Part shown: piece after piece, positions 50,863 to 62,400 of the stretch
Layout: each line of letters starts with the position of its first letter
Position numbering within the stretch: the stretch's first letter is position 1
NCBI RefSeq assembly: GCF_006345805.1
Contig: NC_042999.1
Coordinates: forward strand, 145,576,001-145,640,000
From: Octopus sinensis
Lineage: Eukaryota
Length of the DNA: 64,000 nt
Reading direction: 5' to 3'
Translations under genes and position numbers: made by a program
Notes under the pieces: model-generated
What the model was told of the DNA's origin: nothing
What the model saw: only the letters and a program-made list of their open reading frames with translations
The model's database searches: none

Positions 50863-51586
50863 ATATATATCCTTCTAAAAGTCACTAACATAAGTGACGT
50901 ATGATCCCTTCTAGCATCTATACATTGCTTACCTTTTTACTACAGCATTTAACGGTTTCTTAATGGCCAGCTGTTTGTCAGTTAACTGACCAATTGTATC
51001 CTCTTGCAGTCCGCTCCAGTCCTACTCCTGACCGGTATTGTTTCAGGTATACTGCCTACTTATAATAATTAGTAAAATGCATACGAAATCAATTATAGTA
51101 AATTATAGTCGACTGTTATTATATAGTTCTATAACTACCGGTATTTCTAATTATATTTCTTACTTTTTCACTTTATTTTTTTGACTTAACTAAAATGCTC
51201 ATTTTTGTATATCTAACCCATGCACCCCACCACATATATAGGAACGTACCACTTAATACTATAACTATCCCTTATACTATTTCTAAATTCCAGTCGGTCG
51301 AATGTTTCACAATGGGTTAGCATGTAGCACCAATTGATTATCACCGTTCTCATTTTCTCCTTTTTCTTTTTACTTAAATGTTATTTACTTTTCCGCTCTG
51401 ATGAAGTTTCATGATTCAATTTGAGTTAACTAACTGCCTACAATGATAACTATCATTACTATTTTTGTGGCGTTTAGAACTGAGAATCATGGTAACTGAA
51501 ATAGATTCTGTCTTTTTGTAATTAAATGATAACTGATGTAAATCAATTGTTATTCATCAATTGTATCTACATTCTCTATTTTTCTG

Positions 51587-51645
<59 letters not shown>

Positions 51646-51647
51646 AT

Positions 51648-51965
51648 AGGAGCACTCTGTCGGTTGCGACGACGAGGGTCCCAGCTGATACGATCAATGG
51701 AACAGATTGCTCGTGAATTTAACATGTAAATGGCTGAGCACTCCACAAACACGTATACCCTTAACGTAGTTCTCGGGGAGATTCAGCGTTACACAATGTG
51801 TGACAAGGCTGGCACTTTGAAATACAGGTACTACTCATTTTTGCCAACTGAGTGGACTAGAGCAACGTGAAATAAAGTGTCTTGCTCAAGGACACAACGC
51901 GCTGCTGGGAATTGAACTCACGACCTAACGATCATGAGCCGAATGCCTCTAACCACTAAGCCACG

Positions 51966-51966
<1 letters not shown>
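51648..51966 (-). mobile_element. Full-length tRNA-derived SINE with a CORE-like central domain
   Basis: Reverse complement reads gcgtggcttagtggttag...gagttcaattccc...gtccttgagcaagacacttta. Confidence 0.9.
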
Positions 51967-52001
<35 letters not shown>

Positions 52002-52189
52002 CAAAAAGAGAGAGAGAGAGAGGAGAGCAGTTAAAAAACTTAGCTTCTATGCGTGTTGAAGAATCGATGTTTAAATAAAACATTTGCCTTGATTACGAAA
52101 TAACTGTAAAAGTGGGCCAGATGAATAAAGTTTATTTTAAAATTACTGTTGTTAATACTGAACTAGTTTCATGTTTAATGCACGCTCAC

Positions 52190-54178
52190 ATGGGGATGTG
52201 GAGTATAATTCTCCAGTCGGAGAAGCGCACAGCTAACAACTTCTTAACCACCAACAACGAAATCCCACCCCTATATGGCCTTCGCAAAGATCACAAGAGC
52301 CACACGGACCTTATACTTGGGCCACCCACCTGACCCGTTTGTGGTGCCAACAATGCAAACAACCACAAAATATCATACTTTCTCTCACAATTCCTACGAC
52401 CGTTAATAGAACTATTTGCGGATGTATGTGACAGTACTGAGGACCTCCTTAGCAGGATCCGCGAATGCAACAACACGTGTGACCTCAAGAACCACATCGT
52501 GGGTAGCATGGATGTGGTATCACTATACCCCTCCATCGATATAGACTTTGCTGTCGATAAATGTATAGAAATAGTTAGTGAGAGTGGTATGATATTTAAG
52601 AATGTGGATGTATATGAACTAGGGCTCTTCCTGGCCCTGACGTGTACCAATGAATACCTGTCGCGCAATAACCTTCTATATGCTTGTCCCACCCGTAACA
52701 AACGCGGTAGACCACCTACCATTACCTCGGCTTACAGGAAGACTCACTGTGAGCGTTGGCAGGGATGGACAAAGCCGGACTACCCACCTCAAGTGCACAC
52801 GATATTAGAACCACCATCGCACATGCTATCGGTGTCAGCCTGAGATTTACGCTAAAAACACATATTTTTAAATTTGACAACAAACTGTATAAGCAAACGA
52901 AAGGCGGTGCTATTGGAGTGGGGATCGCCGGTGACGTTGCTAACCTCTTCATGGTATGGTGGGACAAGCGTTTTAAACAGTGCCTAGCAAACCGTAACAT
53001 CCACTTGGCTATGTACTCTCGTTACGTCGATGACATTAACCTTGTTGTGAAATGTAATACAGACACAGTTATGGGCCCTCTACCAAGTGAAGAACAGGTG
53101 ATGACATCTATACAACACATAGCTGACTCTATCCACAGCAGTATAAAACTTACCATAGACTACCCCTCTAAACACCCCAGTAAACGATTACCCGTCCTAG
53201 ATACTGAGCTATGGATGGAAGACGCTATGGTTAATGGTACCATTAAACCATGTATACTCCACTCACACTATCAGAAACCGATGGCTAATCCACTAGTAAT
53301 CCGTAGTGACTCAGCTATGTCGGATACTGCCAAACTCAACATCCTAGTGGCAGACTTAGTTAGAGTAATGAGGAATGTATCACCACTATGCCAACCACAA
53401 GAACGACAACAACACATCCAGCACTACATATTCCGAATGCAACGCTCCGGATACACACAAGACGATAGAGTCAGGGTGTACAAAGGAGCGAAAGCTAGAT
53501 TCGAACGCATTCTAGGGAACGACGAAAACGGTATATGCCCCCTGTACCGCAACAAGTTCTGGAATAGGTTAGAGAGGGACACCAACAAAAAGATGAGAAA
53601 CGTTACTTGGTACGATAACAGGAGATTTCACGGAGTGATGTTCGTTGACGCCACACCTAAGAACGAGCTAAGTAAGGCATTCAAGAAAGTCCTGCGCACT
53701 ACGGCCTAAAAGTTAAAGTTGTAGAAAAGACAGGTAGGACTATCAAATCGGCATTATGCAGATCATATCCATTTGATAGAATCACCTGTCAGAGTAATTG
53801 TGCTGTGTGTTCGACAAATCCACACGTAAATTGTAAAACCAAGGCACTGTATACCAGATTAAGTGCCAGGAGGGAGCTTGCGCGGCTAACCCGGAGTCAT
53901 ACATAGGTGAGACCTCTAGAAGCATCAATGATAGGTTCAAAGAACACCTGGACAACTACATTGAAAGGAAGCCAAACTCCATCTTCTACCAACATGCTGT
54001 AGACTGCCACAAGGGATCCTTAGGGGAGCTTAAGTTGAACATCCTATCAACACATCCCACCGATGCAATGTTGAGACAGGTCACAGAAGCTGTTTGTATA
54101 CAAGAATACAAACCTACTCTCAACCGAAAGTCCGAATGGAATAACATCCAGAACCCATTCAGAAGGACTATTCTATAA
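52190..54178 (+). mobile_element. Penelope-like element ORF (RT plus GIY-YIG endonuclease), 5'-truncated, with few lesions; Neptune-like
   Basis: PPLYGLRKDHK, GSMDVVSLYPSI, YKQTKGGAIG, RYVDD, LPVLD, YQKP, Cys-rich linker CQSNCAVC, VYQIKC...YIGETSR...RFKEH; one stop (52331-52333) and about 3 frameshifts. Confidence 0.96.
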
Positions 54179-54479
54179 CCACCCCTCTCTCTCTCTCCCT
54201 TTCACCTGTAGTCCTTACATACAGGTTGCAATGCGTATGTGCAGTTATATACAACGGTATGAGCAGACGTTGTTTGATACGAACAGTTGCACCTAGGCGT
54301 TGTATCCATTCACGGTTAGACGATGATGAGAGGAACAAACACACACCCACACACATATATATATATGTATGTGCGTCTATACAAACATATATGTAAATAT
54401 GTATACAACCTTCAGCAAAGTAACAGTCATGTACACAACTTGAACGGACACATGCCAGTACGCGGACAAACGTTCACAT

Positions 54480-55150
54480 ACACATACACATGTACACACT
54501 CTCACGGACACATCTACCCATTCTCCTAGACACTCACATACATACGTAGCACATGAATACAAACATACATACATACATACCTACGTATGGGCATACACAC
54601 GTACATACGCACGTACATGTACGCACACACATACATGGGCACATGCATACGAGCGCGTATACATACATACGCACATGCGTACGTATGTACATACATACAT
54701 ACATACATACATACATACATACATACATACATACATACATACATACATACGCACATACATACATACATACGAACAATAGTAAAACATTAGTTCTGTGATA
54801 TAGAGATAAAAATCTGATAATAGACTTTAGGGTATAGTTCTTGTGAGCAAGCGTCAAAAATTCACTTTCTAGCCTCGCCCATAGGGAGTTGAAATTTGAT
54901 AGCGTTGTGATGAGTGGTCACTCTACATCCATCCATCGCTACAGGTTTATAACTTTATGTTTTATAGAGTGTATGTGCGTGCTTATACACACACATACAT
55001 ATATACATACATACATACATACATACATACATACATACATACATACATACATACATACATGCATACACAGGCGTATGTGCGTACATGCATACGTACATAC
55101 ATACACAATGTATGCATACATACAACATACATACGTACATATATATGACG
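54480..55150. repeat. (CATA)n/(CA)n microsatellite fields
   Basis: Direct reading. Confidence 0.92.
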
Positions 55151-55684
55151 AACTAACTGTTACTTTCTTAGATGCAGCACGGACTTTGTCAGTGAACAGG
55201 TCGCGGATTTTAGCGACGAAAATATTTTGACAAATTAAACTTAAATGTTGGAGTGAATCGAACGGCTTTTGTGTGTTTCTTAAATGGCTTATAAACACCT
55301 TCCACGCTGCAATTGTTTTCGTTTCAGCACACGATCTCAGATCAAATTACTTGCTATGCGAGTACATCTCCGTAATTAAATAAATTCCTTTTAAGAATTA
55401 ATTTAATTTAAACTTGCTACATACTACATTCTTCAGTAGTGTACTCCCATATTTATGAAAATAATATGTGAACATTAAAATATAGTTATGTTTATTCATC
55501 CACAGCAGTTCGTAATTCAAGGTACTCAAATATTTTTAAAAATAGTTAGAGAGAAAGAAAAAAGCGTACTTTTTCGTTCACAAGTCAACGTGCTTCTAAC
55601 TTGCCGGGGCCGAATGCGGTAAATTATGTATATATAGAGAGACATGGAGAGTGGGAGAAGAAAAGTTATTTCTTTGTCTTTACG

Positions 55685-55830
55685 TTCTGTGTTCAAATTC
55701 CGCCGAGGTCGACTTTGTTTTCATCCTTTCGGGGTCGATAAATTAAGTACCAGTTGCGTACTGAGGTCGGTCTGATCGACTGGTATTCTTCTCAAAAATT
55801 TCGGGCCTTGTGCCTAGGGTAGAAAAGACT
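55685..55830 (+). mobile_element. 5'-truncated SINE family A
   Basis: gttcaaattccgccgaggtcgactttgttttcatcctttcggggtcgataaattaagtaccag. Confidence 0.88.
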
Positions 55831-56251
55831 ATCTACGCAGAACAGCATTACCTTGATATAATACATCGGCATCGAAAGATTTAGATATCACGTTTGTCTA
55901 TGTATCTAGTCTATATGATTATTTTCCTTGACTACAGACACAACACAATGTTAGTGACAAGATACAAGCTACTACTGACCCGTCGGTTAATTACCTGATA
56001 TCCGCTCTCGAGGCTGTCTACTCTTTTCGTATATGTTACTGAGAACTTGAACTTATGACACTAACAAAGAATCTTCAAATGGTTAAAGTTTGAACTAAAC
56101 TCAGTATTCAACCTCTTGAGATTATATTGATGCTGTGCAACACTAAACGAGTAATAAATTGATAATACATAAACATTATTATCGTAATGGAATAGTAAAA
56201 TATAAGAAAACTGCTCGCGGTTTGCCTTTATTGGAAAATATTAATGCAAAA

Positions 56252-56310
56252 AGTTCAAACAGTGGAATAAATTCTTGCCATGAGGAAGAATTTATTCCAC
56301 TGTCTGAACT
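56252..56310. other. 25-bp hairpin (one mismatch, 9-nt loop), pre-miRNA-like
   Basis: agttca a acagtggaataaattctt gccatgagg aagaatttattccactgt c tgaact. Confidence 0.6.
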
Positions 56311-56439
56311 AATGTAGCATATTTCTCTTCGGTCCATATATTATTATTCTTATGTGTGTATAACTTGGAAAATAGGTAAATATTATTGATTTCTTTTGCA
56401 ACAGTTCTATAAACTAATGTGATTTCTTTTCTATTTCAG

Positions 56440-56469
56440 ATAAAAGAGAGTCGTTTTCAAGTAGAGACA
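56440..56469 (+). CDS. Candidate 30-nt microexon (phase 0 reading IKESRFQVET; alternative frame KRESFSSRD)
   Basis: Branch-point-like CTAAT (56414-56418), pyrimidine tract, tttcag acceptor, GTAAGT donor, length divisible by 3, in non-repetitive DNA. Confidence 0.55.
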
Positions 56470-58109
56470 GTAAGTATTGAATTTTTTTTTATATACAAAT
56501 TTTCGAAGATTTGTTTCAGGATCTAATTCGTAGATTCAACAATATTTTATACTTGGAAGAAAATAGCTACTGAAAAATTATTCCAATTGACAAAATGCCA
56601 AAATTTATTTAAAGTTATTTAAGTCGTAAGCATTTCTCATTGTCCTTGAATCTACTCCGTCAATGGAGCTGCCTTTAATTTTAATTTACTTACATGTTGA
56701 TTGTTTCGAAAAGTATGACTGTTGTGTAATTATCTATTATCTTCGGCTGAGTTGAGCTATAGATTAAATTCATTATTAAGTAGTGACAGGGGATAAAACT
56801 TTAAGATTTGGTCTTTATGTAGTGGATCTGGAAATGGTCAGTTTTGTGGAATACATATACCTTTAGTTAGAGTAGATGATAATATTTCAATCATGCAACT
56901 GCTACTTAACAAAGATCTATACATCGTATATCTGAGAAGTTAAACTATATTTACATATATCACACGTTATAATATAAAACAGAATATTGGTCTGTCTCCT
57001 ACGTATGAAACCTATGGGCAGTTAAATATCCTAGATTTGCGCTAGTTGAATCCGAACATCTGAATCTACAGCTTGAAAGCTAACATAAGATAACATTAAA
57101 TTATGTGCACAGCCTTAACAGGTAAGAGAGACTATTCACGACCTGTGTAGGATGTTATGAACATATCTTTGGCATTCTATTGACTGTCTATAAATATCCA
57201 CCAATTTTAATTATTTGGAATATTGAATTTTCTGAATATCTTAGAAATTCAGAAAAATAGGAAACTCACGATTATTTTGTTACGCTGAAAAAATGATTGA
57301 ACTTCGATGGGTTAATTATATGAGATGTTGTAACCCCATGGAAGAAACTATTTCGATGATATTCTTACGACAAATGCAAATGTTAGTCAATGTGAATGAG
57401 ATAATATTTTATCAATTCACGAATTTGAATTCATAAAATTTAAATACATTAATTATGGAATGAATCCCACATGTGTGGAGAATGAATATTTATACCCAAT
57501 GTCTCTTGACTGGATGGTAAAGCTCATGCTGCAATAGCCGAAATTAAAGAAAAACCATTTTAGGAACGACATTTAATCACAGTTTAGTTTAATACTTTGT
57601 GAAAATGTGAATTCAATAATCTTTTTGTTGTCAGATCCTATCCGAAGTAACTCCAAAACATATTATAATCCGAATTAAATATAAGGTCGTTTATATTTTA
57701 CAATCTATCAGTATTAACATTGAATAGATAATTCGTCTTCTTGTTATGAAAGGATTCTGTTGCATAGACACAGATAATTATGCGGTTCCATTGCTCTATC
57801 CGTCTCCAAATAATTCCATTTTTGAAAACTGTATATAATTCGGTAGACATTTCATTCCGGTTATTCAGATATTAATATTGTTATGCACACTAGAAAAGTG
57901 CAATCACCCCCCCTCTCTCTCTCACACACACACGTGTATACAGACTCTAGGTAAAAGTTCTGCGCGAATTATGTTATTTCTTACAGTGTGCAAGAGCAAA
58001 TTTAAAGCTCAAATCCAATTGAAATGATCTTTTTCTATTGTGTAATTTGTGTTTGTGATAAGCGTATTTAATAACCTGATCTTCGATATAAACTTAAAAG
58101 AAAGTTTTC

Positions 58110-58921
58110 CCAGAAATCTTATCCTTTACCTCTTCTTTCTAGCATGTCCGAGGTAACATTTCCGCTCCCTTGCTTTACTTTTTTCTTAAATTTCTGCCCA
58201 TTCCTATGTTTTCGATACAGGGCATTAGGATTTCACCCACAAAACACTTCGCAATATTTTAATTTTCCCCCTCTCCACATCAAATTCATTGTTTTTACTT
58301 TTTTCAAATATTTGCTCTTGGTAACCCATGGAGAAAATACAGAGAGTACAAATCTTTAAGAATTTCATTCATCACCGCAACACCTTCAAAAAGCTACACG
58401 CACGCCTGCAATGTTAAGTTTGATATTTCAATAGAATTCTACTCATGCGAGAAACATCAAACAAAAGTGAAAGCGAGTAGGGTGGGCAAGGTGGGGGAGG
58501 GGAATTGAAGGTTTCTTTAAAAAGATACGATAAAAAATATATGTATTTCCCACTTTCGTAATCACTGTATTTTTCTACGTAGATAAAAAAAAAATAGAAT
58601 TCGAAAAAGTTACAGAAGAAATTGCGGTAAGGATGGGAGAGAGGAATTACCATTTTGAAAACGTGATTTCTGGACAAAGTTGTATTAACCCCCTTTTATA
58701 CGCTGAAACAATACATAGTTTGCGATCCTTCTTAAGAACAGAAAGTACTTTCATGCAAACCTATGCCAATTGTACACCATCTTCACTTTTAAACGAACAA
58801 TAACTTACATTATGCTATTAATTATATATCAGTGGTGTCGATTCTGCCCATAAGAAAGGAGCAAATAATACAATGAGTGTGTATGTCATAACACCCGGGC
58901 AACACTGGGATGCATTGCTAG
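58110..58921 (+). mobile_element. Non-autonomous Helitron-like element (5' end uncertain)
   Basis: 3' hairpin CCCGG gcaaca CTGGG, 8 nt, then CTAG (58918-58921) followed by T; same terminus type as at 46496. Confidence 0.55.
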
Positions 58922-59064
58922 TGTATATATATATATATATATATAATATATATATGTATATATATATATATAGTCAATGGCACCAGAATTTTGTATGGTA
59001 TTATCCAATATAAATCCATGGGGTGATTATAATAAAAATAAGCAACAAGTATATGCAAGGTACT

Positions 59065-59150
59065 GTGGTACAATCGTTTCATGCTACTTCATTTTATTAA
59101 ACACTATAAGTATTACAGCAGTTTTAAAATGTTGAGCAATCTTCAGCCAC
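59065..59150 (-). ncRNA. Type I hammerhead ribozyme with canonical core and long helix II
   Basis: Reverse complement reads GTGG-CTGAAGA-T TGCT..CATTTTA...TAAAATG..AGCA T-GAAA-CGATTG-TA-CCAC; about 95 nt from (TA)n. Confidence 0.7.
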
Positions 59151-59550
59151 TTATAGAAATTTTCCAATCAAACGGACAATGCACATTCTTATCCCTATTT
59201 CGTTTGCCAACATTATAAAGAGGGAAGATATACAGACAGAGAGGTTGATTTCATTCATAAGAACATGATAGTATTAAATTTACTCTCTGACTGTAGATTT
59301 TTTCACTTTGTTATTTAGATCTGTCAGTGGGGAGGTGGATTTTATTTTTGGTTGGATGGAGACAAAGAATTTTTCTATTTATAGACATAGGAAGGGGTAG
59401 AACAAATGTCAAAACCATAAACCTATTCCTATTCTGAGGAACCCAGCCCAGATACATTTCAATGCACTATAGCAAAAAGCTAGTATTTTGAAGTTAGAGG
59501 GGTAGGGGTAGATAGACTATTAGTGCTCTAGAGGTTTTAATGTCTACTAC

Positions 59551-59842
59551 CATTTGACATCCAGATTCTATATTAAGAAATTTATGTAAATATTCTTTAG
59601 ACAATTTTCTAAATGATTTCAATAAACATTAGTATCTTATATAGGGATAGAAAATACAGAAATCATTTCATATTTATATAAATATATATATATATCCATT
59701 TCCATATATATTTATATAAATATGAAATGATTTTTATATTTTCTATCCCTATATAAGATACTAATGTTTATTGAAATCATTTAGAAAATTGTCTAAAGAA
59801 TATTTACTTAAATTACTTAATATGGAATCTGGATGTCAAATG
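59551..59842. repeat. Palindrome with arms of about 138 bp and a short TA-rich loop
   Basis: catttgacatccagatt...catatttatataaat / atttatataaatatg...aatctggatgtcaaatg. Confidence 0.93.
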
Positions 59843-59939
59843 TGTGTGTGTATGTGTATTTGTATTTCTAAGAAACAAGACCATACAAAATATCGTCTTG
59901 TATTTAAGTGAAATATGTGTAGGTATATGTATGAATGTT

Positions 59940-59984
59940 TATATTAATATATATATTAAATATATATATATATAATATAGTATG

Positions 59985-60022
<38 letters not shown>

Positions 60023-60266
60023 TATGTATGTAATATATATATATGTGTATGTATGTATGTAATATATATTATGTATGTATGTATATATTATATGTATGTA
60101 TGTATATATATATATATGTATGTATGTATATATATATATGTATGTATGTATATATATATATGTATGTATGTATATATATATATGTATGTATGTATATATA
60201 TATTGTATGTATGTATATATATATATGTATGTATGATTTTTATATATATATCGTATGTATGTATAT

Positions 60267-60297
<31 letters not shown>

Positions 60298-60684
60298 ATA
60301 TATATGTATGTATGTATATATATATGTATGTATATATAATATATTATGTATGTATATATATATATATATGTATGTATAATATATATATATATGTATGTAT
60401 ATATATATATATGTAGGTATATATATATATATGTATGTATGTATGTATATATATATGTATGTATGTTATATATATATATGTATGTATATATATATATGTA
60501 TGTAGTATAATATGATGTATGTATATATATATGTATGTATGTATATATATATATTATGTATGCATATATATATCTGTATGTATGTATATGATATATATAT
60601 ATATATGTATGTATGTATGTATGTATATATATATATGTATGTATGTATATATATTATATATTGTATATATATATAATATGTATG

Positions 60685-60717
<33 letters not shown>

Positions 60718-60740
60718 ATATATATGTGTATGTATGTATG

Positions 60741-60782
<42 letters not shown>

Positions 60783-60785
60783 ATA
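59940..60785. repeat. Compound (TA)n/(TATG)n microsatellite field
   Basis: Direct reading. Confidence 0.95.
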
Positions 60786-61619
60786 AATAAACATGCACCT
60801 ATTTCCCTTAGATATAGGAAGATATTTTGTATCATTTTGTTTCTTAGAAATACAAATGTACATGCTTATACAAGGGGAACACTGAATTTAGATCAACTGT
60901 AATTTTATAATGTTATAACGTAAGTCATTTTTAAATCAGTAATTTAGTGCGTATTTTTTACTTCCTTTTTAATTATAGGGATAAAAGATAAACTATAAAT
61001 ATATTGAATTATAGATATATGAAATCTAAGACATAAACTATTTTTAATATACTAAAAGTATGTATATTTTAAAAATACGTTAAAATTAAAATAAATATTT
61101 TAAGTAAGGTTATATATTTTAAGATATGTGAACATGTGTGTGGATGTTTCTGCATGTACAAACGTGTGTGAATCTCTCTCCTTTTCTCCCTCACTTTTCT
61201 CTCTCTCTTTCTACTTCCCCTGATGAATTATGAAAACTATAAATACGATGATATCCCAAGTGTTGACTATTGTTGTTGAGACTCTCTGAAGAAATTCACA
61301 TGCGTACTTTAAAAATGTATGTTATATTATATTATGAATTAATCATATTAATATTAACATTCATATTCATGAAATGGATTTCCCATGTTATATTAAAACA
61401 ATTGAAACTACAGAACTAAAGATAACACCATAAATTTCGGTCTTTGATTTAATGTACTCATGATCTGCGACCAATATACCTTACCCGGAACTTCAGCTTG
61501 TATAGCTAGCTTTCTTCTTCAAGATAAACCGTATACTGATGGATATTTGACAGCCGATATTCGCAGTTCATTCTCAGGTTACGACTCGCATTATAACCCC
61601 TTTCTTTCGTTCTGTCCGC

Positions 61620-61699
<80 letters not shown>

Positions 61700-62400
61700 C
61701 TTGTGGCTATGGCGAAAGAATGTATCTGGTGGACGCGTCTGAAAGGATTGGAGACAAACACTTTCCTCTCTGGTCAATCTCTCATCAACTTCTTCAAGTA
61801 CCACTTGAAAAGGAAAGTGAGAGTAGAGAGGCAAGTTTTGTCTAGCGAATGTTTTAAAAAAAGATGGGTGAATGTAGCAAGGATGGCACGTAGGAATGAC
61901 GAAGCCACCTTGAGCATAATCCTATGAAGCCAGAAATTGAAAACAGAGGGTTACCCACTTGCAAACAAATGTGGTAACATATAACAATATTGACCAAGGT
62001 TACCGTGGTCTTTTTCGTAGGCTTTTCTTCCCACGGATAAACCTTACTTGCTTTCCCCTTTACACCATATATCATAACACTGTGATACACGATCCCTATT
62101 GATTGTTTTTTTCCTCTTCCCCTTTTTTCCCCCTTTTTTCTTCTTTTTTCATTTCTCTTTTCTTTTGTTCCTTTTCCCTTTCTTTTTTTTATTTTTCTTT
62201 TTTTCTTTTTTCTTTTATTTATTTATTTATTATTTTTTTTGTTCTTTTCTTCCCTTTTACGATCCCTCTTGATCGGAAACCTACGCCACCCCCTTTTTTT
62301 TGTTTCTTTTGTTTTTTTGTTTTTTTCATCCCCCAAAAGAAAAGCTCTACCATGTAACTTGTCCCATCTGTGTGCAGCCCTGTGTGGCCAATAAAGAAAC
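61700..62400 (+). mobile_element. 5'-truncated Tx1/L1-clade LINE 3' end inside a (TATC)n array
   Basis: Translation VAMAKECIWWTRLKG...FFKYHLKRKVRVERQ...FKKRWVNV* (stop at 61927), T-rich 3' UTR, AATAAAGAAA end, (TATC)n on both flanks. Confidence 0.75.

Noticed and set aside
49882-50888. Repeated ORF MVRVWFPLHRG... in three places
   Set aside because: A by-product of the direct and inverted repeats of the HHR unit; it runs into microsatellite and has no domain.
57113-57121. Possible 9-nt microexon (cag CCTTAACAG gtaaga)
   Set aside because: The pyrimidine tract is weak and such short matches arise by chance; it needs junction reads.
62103-62357. Phe-rich ORF
   Set aside because: It is the translation of the T-rich 3' UTR of the Tx1-like LINE.
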